Numbered from the stretch's first letter, positions 32,766 through 44,876 are shown. The stretch: 64,000 nt of DNA from an uncultured Planctomycetaceae bacterium (GCA_963833985.1 CAWIAD010000002.1:3456001-3520000); one strand, 5' to 3'. Program-made: numbers and translations. Notes: generated by a model from the letters alone, not told the origin.

Positions 32766-34418
32766 TCATCGGCCTTGCGCCCGCGACAGAGCGTACTTGC
32801 TGACCTGAAGGTTGTCTTGCAGCGTTTGCTGCCAGTCCTTGTCGTAGAGGTTGGCGTTCTGGCCCTCGACGGGCAGGGCTGGCAGCCACAATTGCGGTTG
32901 CTGTTGCTGGAGCTTCTGGAGGGACACGACGTAGGCGTGCACGTCGGCTTGTCCATTCAGAAAGTCCACGGTCAGCGACTCTGAGACGCGCGGATTGATC
33001 TTGAGCGGTATCCGGCCCGTGAACAGGACGCTGTGGCCCGCGAGCTGCACCTGGTAGGCGGCCTGAGCCAGGCCACGTCCTGCCACGGGAATGGAGACAA
33101 TCGCCGGCCATGAGGCCCGCGGCAGGTCCTCCGAGGACAGCAGCACGGTGCCGGAGGCACAGCGCTGCCGGAGCCGGGCCAGGCCCTCTGGCGCGGCCGC
33201 AACCTGGGGATGCCAGGTGGCGATCAGCTCGTTCAAACCTGCCGTGGAATCAGGATCACACGAGGTCAGGAGCACCCCCGCGGGTGCGATGGGCTCTCGT
33301 CCCAAGCCTCTCAGGCCGGCCTTCACGAACCCGGCCAGGCCCGGCCCGCCGGGAGCATTCACCAGGAACCACCGCGACGAGGCGAAGAAACCGTAAACGG
33401 CCGTCCCCTGAAAATCACCCAGGTAGTACAGGTCGGCAAGAAGCCGCTTGGGCGCGGCGTCCAGAAAGTCCGCTCCGTCGGCCTCGAAGCGCGCCAGTAA
33501 CACCTCCATCTCGCGAATCCCCACGTCCATCAGCGCGGTCCAGCGGTCCTGGGTAAAGCAGGGACTCTGCGGCAAGACGTCCGACGCGGGGTGGCCGGGA
33601 AGCACAAGGTCCGGCGCTTCCATCGCACGCAGCTTGCGCAGGGACGCAAGCATGTCGCGGGCACTTCCCCGGTAGCGGGGCGGCAGGTAGGGCGAGTACG
33701 TTCCCAGCCGCTTCCGCAACGGAAGCGTGGTGTTTTCATCGCCGGCGAGCATCATGATCACATCCCCGGCGAAGAGCACGCGAAGTCCCTGCCGTTCCAG
33801 GAGATAACAGGTGGTTCCCGGTGTATGTCCGGGCGCGGAGATGCACTGAATGCGCACATCTCCAAAAGTCAATGTCTCGCCCCCATTGAGGGCGACGTCG
33901 ATGGTCGTCGGGTGGGGCGCGTCGTGGGGCATGTGGAAGATACTGAAGAAAGCCACACGCGGCGTTCCGGCCCTGAGAATCGCGGCGTCGCCATCCCCGG
34001 CATAGACTCTTGCTCCCGTCGCCCCCCGTAATGATTCCGCACCCCCGCAGTGGTCGGCGTGCACGTGCGTGATCAGGATCGCACGCATTCTTCTCCAGTT
34101 CAGGCCCAGTTCGGCCAGCTCGGACTTGAGCAATCCGGCGTCGCTCTGAAGTCCGGCATCGATCAGCACCAGGCCCTCGGACGTGTCGACCGCATACGCG
34201 GCAGACGGCGCCAGACCGCCGAGCAAGTACACGCCCGGCACGATCCTCATGGGAACCCGACGCAGGGGCGGCACGCCGCCCGCCCGGCACGGGAAGCGAC
34301 GGCCCGTGAAGTACCCGAGCAAGAGCACAAGGAACACGAGCCCCATCAACAGGGCCGCAACACGGCGGGTACGCCGTGCAAGAATCAGCGAGGTCCATGT
34401 TTCCAGCATGTCAGCCAC
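32766..34418 (-). CDS. MBL-fold metallohydrolase with a degenerate second MBL domain
   Basis: LIDAG, THVHADHCGG, PGHTPG, FAGD, LPGH; N-terminal TM. Confidence 0.85.
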   Translation of the reverse strand: MADMLETWTSLILARRTRRVAALLMGLVFLVLLLGYFTGRRFPCRAGGVPPLRRVPMRIVPGVYLLGGLAPSAAYAVDTSEGLVLIDAGLQSDAGLLKSELAELGLNWRRMRAILITHVHADHCGGAESLRGATGARVYAGDGDAAILRAGTPRVAFFSIFHMPHDAPHPTTIDVALNGGETLTFGDVRIQCISAPGHTPGTTCYLLERQGLRVLFAGDVIMMLAGDENTTLPLRKRLGTYSPYLPPRYRGSARDMLASLRKLRAMEAPDLVLPGHPASDVLPQSPCFTQDRWTALMDVGIREMEVLLARFEADGADFLDAAPKRLLADLYYLGDFQGTAVYGFFASSRWFLVNAPGGPGLAGFVKAGLRGLGREPIAPAGVLLTSCDPDSTAGLNELIATWHPQVAAAPEGLARLRQRCASGTVLLSSEDLPRASWPAIVSIPVAGRGLAQAAYQVQLAGHSVLFTGRIPLKINPRVSESLTVDFLNGQADVHAYVVSLQKLQQQQPQLWLPALPVEGQNANLYDKDWQQTLQDNLQVSKYALSRAQGR

Positions 34419-34595
34419 CGCAGGTCGGTCGAGAGTGAGTCCGAATCAATTAAAATATGCCAGGAACGCGGCGCGTCTGATAGACTGTGATGCCGGGCGG
34501 AAGTCCCATCCCGCGTGGATTGGCAGAAAGTTCCAGAGGACGGCGCGTCGCCCTCCTCCGGGAAATCAAACGGCCGCGGTCGGAGGCCTGGTCGC

Positions 34596-35486
34596 GTGAC
34601 CTTGCTGGAAACACACTTGCAGGGAATTCCCAGGCATCAGGGGAAGGTCCGCGACATTTACGACCTCGGTGACCGGCTGCTCCTGGTCGCCACCGATCGC
34701 CTCAGCGCCTTCGACTGGGTGCTGCCGAACGGGATCCCGGACAAGGGACGCGTGCTCACGGGCCTGAGTGCGTTCTGGTTCGGGTTCCTCGGCGTGCCGC
34801 ATCATGTCGTCTCGATGGACGTCGATCAGCTCGGCATCGACCTCGACGCCGAAACACGCGCGTCGCTGCGCGGTCGCTCGATGCTCGTACGCAAGGCGCG
34901 GGTGGTGCCGTTCGAGTGCGTCGTGCGGGGCTACCTGGCCGGGAGCGGCTGGAAAGAATATCGCGCCAAGCGCTCGATTTGCGGCATCCCCCTTCCGGAA
35001 GGCCTGGTCGAGAGCGACCGCATCGAGCCGATCTTTACTCCGGCCACCAAGGCGACGAGCGGCCACGACGAGAATGTCTCCTTCGAGGTGATGGCCGGCG
35101 CCGTGGGCAGAGAGACCGCCGAGACCCTCCGCGTGCTCAGCCTCGAAGTCTACACCAGGGCCGCGGTGCACGCCCGGCAGCAGGGGCTGATCCTCGCCGA
35201 CACCAAGTTCGAGTGGGGGTTCGACGACCGCACCGGGGAGCTGCTGCTGGTCGACGAGGTGCTCACGCCCGACAGCTCGCGCTACTGGTCGCTCGACTCA
35301 TACCGCCCCGGCGGATCGCAGCCCTCGTTCGACAAACAATTCGTGCGCGACTGGCTGGAAACCACGAGCTGGGACAAGGCCAGCCCGCCGCCCGCTCTCC
35401 CCGATGACGTGGTCGCTGGCACACGGCTGCGGTACATTGAAGCCTACGAGCGCGTGACCGGCCAGGCGTTTCCCGGGAATGCCTGA
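34596..35486 (+). CDS. purC: SAICAR synthetase
   Basis: [45 protein letters not shown]. Confidence 0.96.
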   Translation: MTLLETHLQGIPRHQGKVRDIYDLGDRLLLVATDRLSAFDWVLPNGIPDKGRVLTGLSAFWFGFLGVPHHVVSMDVDQLGIDLDAETRASLRGRSMLVRKARVVPFECVVRGYLAGSGWKEYRAKRSICGIPLPEGLVESDRIEPIFTPATKATSGHDENVSFEVMAGAVGRETAETLRVLSLEVYTRAAVHARQQGLILADTKFEWGFDDRTGELLLVDEVLTPDSSRYWSLDSYRPGGSQPSFDKQFVRDWLETTSWDKASPPPALPDDVVAGTRLRYIEAYERVTGQAFPGNA

Positions 35487-35536
35487 CCTTGCCGGGGCCG
35501 CCATCGTCTCCTCGAGCTCCCGGCTGGACTGGCGCC

Positions 35537-36697
35537 ATGCTTCGCTACCTGACCTCCGGTGAATCGCACGGCCTGGCGCTGACGGCCATCGTCGAGGGTT
35601 TCCCCTCCGGCGTGACGCTCGATACGGCGGTGATCGACCGCGAGCTGGCCCGCCGGCAGGGCGGTTACGGGCGGGGCAAGCGGCAGAAGCTCGAAACCGA
35701 CCGCATCATCGTCGATGCGGGCGTCTACCACGGCGTGACAACCGGCGGTCCCATGACGCTGCGGCTCGTGAACAACGACGCCAAGCTGGAGCGCCTGGCC
35801 GAGCCGGCAGCGCCCCGGGGCGGCCACATCGACCTCGCCGGCGCCATCAACTACCAGACCGGCATCCGCCAGGTGCTGGAGCGCGCCAGCGCCCGCGAGA
35901 CGGCCATGCGCGTGGCCGTGGGAGGGCTTGCCAGGCTCCTGCTGCGCGAGCTGGGCATCTCCGTCTTCGGCTACGTGGTCGAGATCGGCGGCGTGGCGGC
36001 CCCGCCGGTTTCCCACGACATGGCCCTGCGCGACGTCAGCCCGGTGTACACCCTGAACCCCCAGGCCGACGCGGCGATCGTCGCGGCCATCGACGCCGCC
36101 CAGGCGGCCGGCGACACCCTGGGCGGCGTGATGGAGGCGGTCGTCACCGGCTGTCCGATCGGCCTGGGCAGCCACGTTCAGTGGGACCGCAAGCTGGATG
36201 CCCGGCTGGCGGCCGCGGTGATGAGCATCCAGGCAATCAAGGGCGTGGAGATCGGCCTGGGCTTCGAGGCCGCGCGCCGGCCTGGCTCGCGGGTGATGGA
36301 CCCGTACGCTTACGAGCCCGACCATCCGGACAACGACCGCCGGTTCGGCTTTCGCCGCCCCACGAACAACGCTGGCGGCATCGAAGGGGGAACGTCCAAC
36401 GGCGAGCCGATCGTCATCCGCGCCGCCAAGAAGCCCATCAGCACCCTGGCCGCGCGCGGGCCGTCGGTGAACATGGCCACCAAGGCGCCCGCCCCGGCCG
36501 CGTATGAGCGATCCGACGTCTGCGCTGTGCCGGCCGCGAGCGTGATCGTGGAAAATGTGGTCGCGTTCGAGATCGCAGCCGCAATCGTCGAGAAATATGT
36601 CGGCACCAGCCTCGATGCGATCCGCACGGCAATGTCCGCCATGCACGAGCTGAACCGCGAGCGCCTGTCCCACTGGTCCGATCAGATCGGGGTGTGA
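35537..36697 (+). CDS. aroC: chorismate synthase
   Basis: MLRYLTSGESHG, ERASARET, NNAGGIEGG, ERSDVCAVP. Confidence 0.96.
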   Translation: MLRYLTSGESHGLALTAIVEGFPSGVTLDTAVIDRELARRQGGYGRGKRQKLETDRIIVDAGVYHGVTTGGPMTLRLVNNDAKLERLAEPAAPRGGHIDLAGAINYQTGIRQVLERASARETAMRVAVGGLARLLLRELGISVFGYVVEIGGVAAPPVSHDMALRDVSPVYTLNPQADAAIVAAIDAAQAAGDTLGGVMEAVVTGCPIGLGSHVQWDRKLDARLAAAVMSIQAIKGVEIGLGFEAARRPGSRVMDPYAYEPDHPDNDRRFGFRRPTNNAGGIEGGTSNGEPIVIRAAKKPISTLAARGPSVNMATKAPAPAAYERSDVCAVPAASVIVENVVAFEIAAAIVEKYVGTSLDAIRTAMSAMHELNRERLSHWSDQIGV

Positions 36698-36855
36698 CCG
36701 GGCCTCCGGTCAGGCACGCATTCTCGACCTGGGGGCGAGGCGCTCGGGGCATCGGCCTTCGATCAGTTCACGGCCGCCCTTAAAAAGTAACTGGCTCAGT
36801 TCCCCCGGCCCTGAGGGCGGAGACTGGCGCCCCGCCAGGTCCGGCAAGCCACGAG

Positions 36856-37047
36856 CTACCTGTCCGTGGCTCTGCCGATGATGTACCCGAGAACGGCGCC
36901 GACGGTGAGGCCGCCCAGAATGTGACCGACCGCCTGTTGCATCTGGGCGGTGACGGTGAAGTCATAGCGCTGAGCCGCCGTGATGGCCGCGAATACGACT
37001 CCGATGAGCCCACCGATCCCGGCGAATGACTGAGGCTTGTTCCTCAT
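36856..37047 (-). CDS. small two-TM membrane protein
   Basis: MRNKPQSFAGIGGLIGVVFAAIT...GGLTVGAVLGYIIGR. Confidence 0.6.
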   Translation of the reverse strand: MRNKPQSFAGIGGLIGVVFAAITAAQRYDFTVTAQMQQAVGHILGGLTVGAVLGYIIGRATDR

Positions 37048-37466
37048 CAATTCGATCCCCCGGCGAGGCCGTTTACGAACGCGGAGCCTCGGCGGTTCCC
37101 AACGCCGTTTACCTGAGGCTTCTTCACGCATCCGACCCGAGCCGCCCCGCCCATCCGGGGCGACATGATACACGAAGAGTCACCGATGCGACATGATGTT
37201 CTGGACGGTAAGATATCATGACGCTCGAAACCTCTCAGAGACCACGCCAACGGTCGATCCTTGATAGGCTCGCACGCTGGCCCAGCTCAGCTTTCGCCCC
37301 TGAAGCTTCGTATCGATCCCGCGCGTCGACTCGCTCGATCGCTCGAGCTCGATACCAAGTCTCATTGAGCGAAAAAGCGGTTTGATCTATTCTGCACTGC
37401 GCAGACGTTTCATGACCGAGGACTCTTGCTCTCCTCTGTAAAGATGGAGAGACCAGGGAGGCAAGG

Positions 37467-38801
37467 ATGTTTCCCTTGACCCGGCCCGTCCGCCAGGGGC
37501 TGGCGACAGCGGTGCTCATCGCGTTCACCGTGGTTCCTGTGGGACTGGTCGCCGCTTATGCGTGGCGTATCAATCGTCCCGGGCACATTCGCGACGTCGA
37601 GATTGAGCTTGGCCGCCAGCTCGGCCTCCAGGTCACGCTGGACGCGGTCCGTTATCCCAGGCCGGGCGAGGTGGTTTACCTCGGTATTGTGCTGCGGCAG
37701 GAGGAGCCGCGCAAGAAGGGGCTCGTGGAGATTGCCCGCGCCGGGGTGGTCCGGGCGGTGCGCGCTGACCGTGAGCTCACGCTGCACGTCGAGAACCTGA
37801 AGCTGAGCGGGGAGAGCCCCAGGCAGGCCCTGGCGCAGGTCGGCACGCTCCTGCAAAGGTCCGGCACGCTGCCGTTCGAGCGGGTCAACCTCGCGGCCCC
37901 CGTCTGCGAGCTCGACCTGGGGCATGAGACGCTGCGTTATGGCCTCAGCGAGCTGGCCGGCGAATTCGTGGCCGACCCGGCGCACCCCACGTTTCGTCTG
38001 GCGTACCGCCTTGCCGAGCCCGGCTGCCCGGCGCATTGCGAGCTGGTCCTGAAGCGAGATCGTGACGCCAGCCCCGTGCGCACCCTGCTGGTGCTCAAGA
38101 CGCTGGAAGGGCTGCCGCTGCCGGCCCGGGTGCTCGGTGTCTTCTTCGACGCCGCCGACTGGCTTGGCCCAGGCGCACAGGTGGAGGGCACACTGGCCCT
38201 GTCACAGGCGGGAGGAAGTGACTGGGACGCCGAGTTCCAGGGAAGCCTGATCGATCTGGATCTCTCCAGCCTGGTCGGCAAGAGGTTTCCCCGGCATCAC
38301 CTTGCAGGCACGGCGCGTCTGGTCGTGGAGCAGGCGCGCTGGGGCGACCGGCCGGGCCAGGGCCCAGGCTGGCGCGAGGTTAGCGGAGAGCTGACCGCGG
38401 GCCGGGGGAGTATTGGCGTGAGCCTGGTCCAGGCGCTTTCCCGCGAGATGAAGTTCCGCCTCGCTCCGCGCACCGCGCGGATCGACCCGAACAGGACGGA
38501 CATCGACTTCCTGTCGCTCGGCCTTGGCTTCGCCATGGAGTCCAGCGGGGAGATCCAGATCAGCGGGGCGCTGGGGCACCAGGTGAGCCCGGGTACGGTG
38601 CTCGCCGGCGCGACGGCGCCTCTGGTCTTCGCACCCGCAGGTACCGCCAGCGTTCACGGGCTGATCAAGACGCTCTTCCCCGTGGCAGACTCCGCGCCCG
38701 GGAGCATGGTGCCGCTGACCTCGGAATCGCGGCTCTTGCTCTGCCTTCCCCTCGCCCCCGAGATTGCCGCGAAACCTGGCCGCAGGCTGGGAAGCAACTG
38801 A
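37467..38801 (+). CDS. hypothetical protein, N-terminal TM plus beta-rich body
   Basis: long ORF with RBS GGAGG and strong codon bias. Confidence 0.75.
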   Translation: MFPLTRPVRQGLATAVLIAFTVVPVGLVAAYAWRINRPGHIRDVEIELGRQLGLQVTLDAVRYPRPGEVVYLGIVLRQEEPRKKGLVEIARAGVVRAVRADRELTLHVENLKLSGESPRQALAQVGTLLQRSGTLPFERVNLAAPVCELDLGHETLRYGLSELAGEFVADPAHPTFRLAYRLAEPGCPAHCELVLKRDRDASPVRTLLVLKTLEGLPLPARVLGVFFDAADWLGPGAQVEGTLALSQAGGSDWDAEFQGSLIDLDLSSLVGKRFPRHHLAGTARLVVEQARWGDRPGQGPGWREVSGELTAGRGSIGVSLVQALSREMKFRLAPRTARIDPNRTDIDFLSLGLGFAMESSGEIQISGALGHQVSPGTVLAGATAPLVFAPAGTASVHGLIKTLFPVADSAPGSMVPLTSESRLLLCLPLAPEIAAKPGRRLGSN

Positions 38802-38856
38802 GCGGCTTGAGGACGAGCGCCGGGTGCGGTTGTTTCCAGGGCCGGCGCCCTTGGAC

Positions 38857-39933
38857 TCACTCTTCGGCCTCGGCTTCGGGGGCCCCATTGCCGTTGAGCG
38901 CCGGCGCGGGGCCGGTCCGGGTGGTGATGATCCGGGCGGCGATGTCGTCGGCAAGCTCCGGGTTGTCGCGCAGGTACTGCTTGGCGTTCTCCCGTCCCTG
39001 GCCCAGCCGCAGCTCGCCGTAGTTGAACCACGAGCCCGACTTCTCGACGAGCTTGTCGGCAATGGCCAGGTCGAGGATGTCTCCCTCGCGGGAGATGCCG
39101 TGGGTGTACATCATGTCGAACTCGCACACGCGGAACGGCGGCGCGACCTTGTTCTTGACCACCTTCACCTTGACCCGCGAGCCGGTGACCTCCTCGCCAT
39201 CCTTGACCGGCCCGATCCGCCGCACGTCCACGCGGGCCGAGCTGTAGAACTTCAGGGCCCGGCCGCCGGGGGTGGTCTCCGGGCTGCCGAACATCACACC
39301 GATCTTCTCGCGGATCTGGTTGATGAAGATCAGTATGCACTTAGAGCGCGACACGCCCCCGGTCAGCTTGCGCAGGGCCTGGCTCATGAGCCGCGCCTGC
39401 AATCCAACATGCGAGTCGCCGATCTCACCCTCGATCTCGGCCCGGGGCACCAGGGCGGCCACCGAGTCGATCACCACGATGTCGACCGCGTTCGAGAGCA
39501 CGAGCATCTCGGCGATCTGGAGCGCCTCCTCGGCACTGCTGGGCTGGCTCACCAGGAGCGATTCGATATCGACCCCCAGCCGCTTGCACCACGACGGGTC
39601 CAGGGCGTGCTCGGCGTCGATGAACGCGGCCACCCCGCCGTTCCGCTGGGCGTTGGCCACGGCGTGCAGCGCGATGGTCGTCTTGCCGCTGGATTCCGGC
39701 CCGAACAGTTCGACAATGCGCCCGCGCGCGAAGCCCTTTCCTCCCAGGGCCAGGTCGAGCGACAGCGCCCCGCTCGAGATCCCCTCCACCTCGAGATGGC
39801 TGCCTTCCCCCAGCTTCATGATCGCGCCGGCCCCGAACGTCTTCTCGATCTGGCCGATCGCGTTGTTCAGGGCTTTCATCTCCGCCGACATGGCGGCCGG
39901 CTTGACCTCGGTGGTTCCTTGTCGCTTGGCCAC
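38857..39933 (-). CDS. recA: recombinase RecA
   Basis: [41 protein letters not shown]. Confidence 0.98.
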   Translation of the reverse strand: MAKRQGTTEVKPAAMSAEMKALNNAIGQIEKTFGAGAIMKLGEGSHLEVEGISSGALSLDLALGGKGFARGRIVELFGPESSGKTTIALHAVANAQRNGGVAAFIDAEHALDPSWCKRLGVDIESLLVSQPSSAEEALQIAEMLVLSNAVDIVVIDSVAALVPRAEIEGEIGDSHVGLQARLMSQALRKLTGGVSRSKCILIFINQIREKIGVMFGSPETTPGGRALKFYSSARVDVRRIGPVKDGEEVTGSRVKVKVVKNKVAPPFRVCEFDMMYTHGISREGDILDLAIADKLVEKSGSWFNYGELRLGQGRENAKQYLRDNPELADDIAARIITTRTGPAPALNGNGAPEAEAEE

Positions 39934-39980
39934 GACACTCGCTCCTTCTCTCGGGTCTTTCTGTACGTTAGATCACTATC

Positions 39981-40606
39981 TTACTTGGTGTTTCGGTTCC
40001 GGTCAAGATGTTGCTCGAGCTTTTTTCCCCGCAGCGGAGCGCTTGCAAGTTGGACGTAGTGCGGACCTTCGGGAGCGAGCGTGGAGGCGAACGTGACGAT
40101 TTCGGTGACGCGGAAGGGTGGGGCGGACCAGTTCGTACGGGAGCCCAGCAGTTCGGTCAGGTCGATGACGGGCGCCTGGCGCCGTTCCTGGCGAATCCGT
40201 CCCAGGGTCACGTGGGGTGTGAAGTGCCGTTCATCGGGCCGGTAGCCGGCCGCGGTCACGGCGCGGGCGACGGCTTCCTGAAGCTCGTGGAGAGAGGGTC
40301 CGGCCACCGTAGCCAGCCCGACCCAGAGCACGCGCGGCCGCGCGGCGCGGGGAAGGCCCCCACGCCTTGCGGCTTCAGCTCCAGCGGGGCGAAGGGTTCG
40401 CAGGCCGCCGCCACGGCCTTGCACACGCGGTTCAGGTCGATGTCCTGCACATCGCCCAGGAAGGCGAGCGTCATGTGGAAGGGGAGGGCTGTCGACCAGC
40501 GCGCGGCCGGAACCCTGGGGGCGAGTGCCGACTGCAATCGGGTGAGTTGCTCACCGGTGGAAGCGGGTAGCGGGATCGCGACGAATGTTCGAGTGCTTCT
40601 GGCCAT
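39981..40606 (-). CDS. thpR: RNA 2',3'-cyclic phosphodiesterase (2H family), frameshift at ~40345
   Basis: RTFVAI, FHMTLAFLG and FTPHVTLGR (two HxT motifs); directly upstream of recA. Confidence 0.88.
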
Positions 40607-40661
40607 GAGCGGCGAACCAGGCTGCCGGTCAAAACGGCGCTGAGGCGAGACGCGAGACGCG

Positions 40662-41114
40662 TCATTGAGCTGGGATACCCTCGATGGTGAATTCCTCGCC
40701 AATCCGGTCGCGCAGCCGGCTCAGAGGCGTTGAGGCTGTCTCGTCGTCCATGTATTTGAGGACTTCATTGGGCTTGATTTGAATGATCAGCTTCAAGCCA
40801 TTCCTGTGCATGTCACGGGGGTCATAGTCGGCAACCAGAAAGCCCGACATCGGGTTTCCCTGCTGCGTGAACGCCAGGGAGAGCGTGCCTTTTCCGGTCC
40901 CGGTCATACCGACGTTCCGGGTCTCACCGGGCGCCAGATGGCCCGCGCCGATGCGGCTCCCCTCGAAGGAGACCACCAGGTCGTTGATGGGCGTCTGGCC
41001 CATGTTGGTGATCTCCACGCTCGTCCTGACGGAGTCGGAGAGCCGCACCACGGCCTCGATTCCGACGGCGAGAACGACGGCAACGATCAGGCAGATCCGG
41101 ACTCGGCGCGACAT
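40662..41114 (-). CDS. hypothetical membrane-anchored protein
   Basis: N-terminal TM followed by an Ig-like beta segment. Confidence 0.7.
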   Translation of the reverse strand: MSRRVRICLIVAVVLAVGIEAVVRLSDSVRTSVEITNMGQTPINDLVVSFEGSRIGAGHLAPGETRNVGMTGTGKGTLSLAFTQQGNPMSGFLVADYDPRDMHRNGLKLIIQIKPNEVLKYMDDETASTPLSRLRDRIGEEFTIEGIPAQ

Positions 41115-41206
41115 CCCAGGTCCCTCCAGTTTGACTTCTACAACAGGATCGCTCCGCGCAGGGCTGAGAGCAAGATGAAACCTGGAGCGGGGCGCGGAAA
41201 CCGCGG

Positions 41207-41858
41207 CTACCGCGCCAGGCCGGCGCGGAGGATCCGCAGGTAGTTCGAGCGGGCGATCGGCCGCGCACCCAGGCTCAGCATGTGGCTGCTGGGGACCTGG
41301 CAGTCGATGAGTACGGTCCCCTCCGAATCCAGCCGGCGCACCAGGGCCGCGAGCGCCACCTTCGAGGCATCGCTCTGGAGATGAAACATCGATTCACCGC
41401 AGAAGCAAGAGCCAGTGCGCACGCCGTAGATCCCGCCCACGAGGCTCCCCTCACGCCAGCTTTCCATGCTCTGCGCGTGGCCCAGTTCGTGCAGCCGGAT
41501 GTAGGCGCGCTGCATCTCGCGGGTGATCCAGGTTCCGTCCTCATGTTTTCGCGGCACCTGCGCAGGCCTCGATGACGCGGGCGAACGCGGTGTTGTACCG
41601 GGTCTCGAAGCGGCCCTGCTCGATCGTGCGTTTCAGCCTGCGCGAGAGCCGCAGCTCACCGGGGAAGAGGACGAAGCGTGGATCCGGCGACCACCAGAGG
41701 ATCGGTCCTCCCGCCTCGTACCAGGGGAAGATGCCCTCGCGATAGGCGGCCAGCAGCCGGTCCGGTTCGAGATCGCCGCCCATGGCCAGCAAGCCGTCCG
41801 GCTCGGCCAGGCCGGGGGGAGGGAAGACCGGTTCGGGGCCCAGGCGGAAGACCGGCAT
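41207..41858 (-). CDS. aat: leucyl/phenylalanyl-tRNA--protein transferase, frameshift at ~41560
   Basis: [52 protein letters not shown]. Confidence 0.92.
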
Positions 41859-41909
41859 GGCGGTCCTCGATGTTCGTGAAGCAGCCGCGGCGAACCGCCG
41901 CGGCGAGGC

Positions 41910-42887
41910 TCAGCTCTTGCCGCGGGCTCCCTGCCTGAGCTGCTCGATCTCGGGTGAGGGCCCGTAGTTTTGCAGGTAACGAGCCACGAACTCGTCGATC
42001 GTATACGTGTGCTCCTGGGTTCCAGGATGCTCGATGGCGTGAACCGCGGTCAAGGCCGCCACGCGCCCGACCACGGGCCAGGAGAAGCCGCGGCGCAGGC
42101 CCATCACGAACCCGGCCCGGAAGGCGTCGCCCGCGCCGGTGGGGTCCACCACCTTGGTGGGCTGAGCAGGGGGGATCTCGTGCTCCTGCCCGTCCACCGT
42201 GATCAGCGCTCCGGCCTCGCCGCGGGTCATGACCGTGACCGGCACCAGCCTGCGCAGCTCCGGCTCGGAAAGGCCCATTTTCTCGGCCATGAGGCCGAAC
42301 TCGTAGTCGTTGCCGGCCAGGATTCTGGCCCCCCGGCATCCCTCTTGCAGCTCGGCCCGGTCCATGCGGGGCAACTGCATGGATGGGTCGTACAGATAGG
42401 GAATTCCGGCCGCCGTGCATTCCGCGGCGTAGCGGGCGATCGCCCTGGGGTCGTTCGGGGCGATGATCACCAGGTCCTCAGGCGTCACTTTCAGGTCGTG
42501 CAGCGACACGCTGGCCGCGTGGGCCATCGCTCCGGGATAGAAGGCGCTGATCTGGTTGTCTTGAAGGTCGGTATTGATGAAGCAGGAAGCGGTATGCTCG
42601 CCGCTGATCACCTTGATGGCCGAGGTGTCCACGCCCTTGCCGTCGAGCCAGGCCCGGTAATCGGCGAAGTCGTCGCCCACGGTCCCCACGACCACCGGCC
42701 GTTCGCCCAGGAGGGCCAGGTTGTAGGCGATGTTGGCCGCGGTTCCGCCCCGCCGGCGCGTGAGCGAATCGACCAGGAACGACACGGACAGAACGTGCAT
42801 CCGATCAGGCAGGATGTGGTCGCGGAACCGCCCCGGGAAGACCATGATGTAGTCGTAGGCGATGGAACCACTGACAAAAATGCGCAT
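41910..42887 (-). CDS. PfkB-family kinase (adenosine kinase-like)
   Basis: SGSIAYD, GGTAANIAY, NDYE, DPTGAGDAFRAG. Confidence 0.9.
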   Translation of the reverse strand: MRIFVSGSIAYDYIMVFPGRFRDHILPDRMHVLSVSFLVDSLTRRRGGTAANIAYNLALLGERPVVVGTVGDDFADYRAWLDGKGVDTSAIKVISGEHTASCFINTDLQDNQISAFYPGAMAHAASVSLHDLKVTPEDLVIIAPNDPRAIARYAAECTAAGIPYLYDPSMQLPRMDRAELQEGCRGARILAGNDYEFGLMAEKMGLSEPELRRLVPVTVMTRGEAGALITVDGQEHEIPPAQPTKVVDPTGAGDAFRAGFVMGLRRGFSWPVVGRVAALTAVHAIEHPGTQEHTYTIDEFVARYLQNYGPSPEIEQLRQGARGKS

Positions 42888-42916
42888 GGACTGGTCCTTG
42901 AACGTTCCCCTCCGCG

Positions 42917-44412
42917 TCAGGTTGCGGAGGGCTTGGTACCGAGCATCACGAGCGTCTCTGCGATGCGGGCCCGGCAGGTATCCCGGCCCAGGATGAACAG
43001 GCAGTCGTAGAGGCCAGGGCCGACGCCCTGCCCGGTGGTCGCCACGCGCAAGGGGTTCACCACGTCGCCCATCTTGCGGCCCGACCGCTCGGCGTATTCG
43101 TGCACGGCCTGCTCAAGCGTTGCCAGGTTGTAAGGTTCCACCTCGGCCAGGACCGCGTCCAGCTCGGCGAGCATGCCAGGCACGCCCTCCTTGCGGAGCC
43201 GCTTCTTCACCGCGTCCGGATCGTGGGTCAGTTCCGCCGTGAAGAAGAACCGGCCCAGCTTGACGATATCGGAGAAGGTCTTCAGCCGGTCGCCGAGCGC
43301 CAGGATGACCGCCTCGATCTTCGCCCGCTCGGCGTCGGTGGCCGGGTCGGCAACCAGGCCCGCGCTCTTCAGAAAGGGGATCACTCCGGCGACCTTGCGG
43401 TCGAGCGGGAGCATCTTCATCCACTCGCCCTCGATCCAGAACAGCTTGTCCTGGTCGTGGCTGGCCGGCGAGCTGTTGACTCGCTCGAGCGTGAACTTCT
43501 CGATCAGCTCGGGCCGCATGAAGATCTCCTGCGTACCGTCATAGCTCCATCCCAGCCGCGCCAGGTAGTTGAGCACCGCGTCGGGCAGGTAGCCGCGCTC
43601 GATGTAATGGTGCAGGTAAACGAGCACGCCCTTCTTTTCGTACTCCTCGATCTTGCGCTTCGACATCTTCGCCTTCGACCCCGGCTCGGCCACATAGGGA
43701 ACGTGAGCGAACGCCGGCAGGGCGGCCCCGAGCGCCTCGAAGACCAGGAGCTGAGGGAACGTATTGGAGAGGTGCTCCTCCGCGCGGACGACATGCGTGA
43801 TCTGCATGGCGATGTCGTCCACCACGCTGGCGAAGTTATACAGCGGCGAGCCATCCGGCCGGACCACCACGAAGTCGCCGATCTCATCGGTGGAGAACGA
43901 AACGTCCCCCTTGATCAAGTCGTGGACCACGAGGGTGCGCCCCAGGGGAACCTGGAACCGCAAGGCATAAGGCCGGCCCTCGCTCGCATAGCGGGCTTCT
44001 TGCTCGGGCGCCAGCGGCAGCCGGCGGAACCGGTACGCGCGTTTGCGCGCTCGGCAGCGGCCTTCTCGGCGGCTCGCTCCGGCTCCGTGCTGTAGTCACG
44101 ATAGACGTGGCCGGAGGCGACCAGGCGCTCGACGGCCGCGCGATAGTGATCAGCCCGTTGCGACTGGTAGTACGGACCATGCGGACCACCCCTGTCCGGG
44201 CCCTCGTCCCAGTCGATACCGATCCAGCGAAAGCCGTCCAGAATCTTCTGGACCGCGTCCTCGACGTGCCGCTCCTGGTCGGTGTCGTCGATCCGCAGCA
44301 GGAACTGTCCCCCCGAGTGCCGGGCCAGCAGCCAGTTGAAGAGGGCCGTCCGCACACCGCCAATATGAAGGAAGCCTGTGGGACTGGGAGCGAAGCGGGT
44401 GCGTACGGTCAT
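42917..44412 (-). CDS. gltX: glutamate--tRNA ligase, frameshift at ~44046
   Basis: [35 protein letters not shown]...GP. Confidence 0.95.
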
Positions 44413-44876
44413 GGGGCGTCTTCGAGAGCCTCGGGCAAGTCGTTGACAGCCAGTAGCTTGCCTGCATGAGGCGGCCTGGCGGAATGCGAATCGGCGTCGC
44501 CGAACTGGACTCACGATAGGATCTGGGGCCGTGGCTGTCAACGCACCGCGCGGGCAAGCGGTGCGCAGCACTTCACTCACACCCGGCGAACCAGATGCCC
44601 GGCAGCCGGCGTTCTCTTCCACGCGCTCCCTGCGCCGGCATGTGCGCTGTCCGCCGGGCTAACCCCCGCGGTCGGAGACTCACGTCCGCTTCGCATCGAT
44701 GTTCCAGTGCAGGCGCTGGAGGGGTTCCGCGTTCCGCGAGCGCCGCGGACAATGACTGGCTTTCGCAGGGGGTTGCGCGGTACCTTCTTCCGGTCACATG
44801 ATCGCCGGACTGCGCGGGATGCCGATCGGGCTGATGCGCGCTGCGATACGGCTTCCTGTAAGCCCAGGAGAGTGCG

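Noticed and set aside
32766..34418. Antibiotic-resistance metallo-beta-lactamase
   Set aside because: The HxHxDH motif is shared by the whole superfamily; two-domain architecture and no mobile context.
42917..44412. Genuine pseudogenisation of gltX, aat, thpR and the crt genes
   Set aside because: These are single indels without further decay, gltX is normally essential, and all share the GCGC context, so an artefact is more likely.
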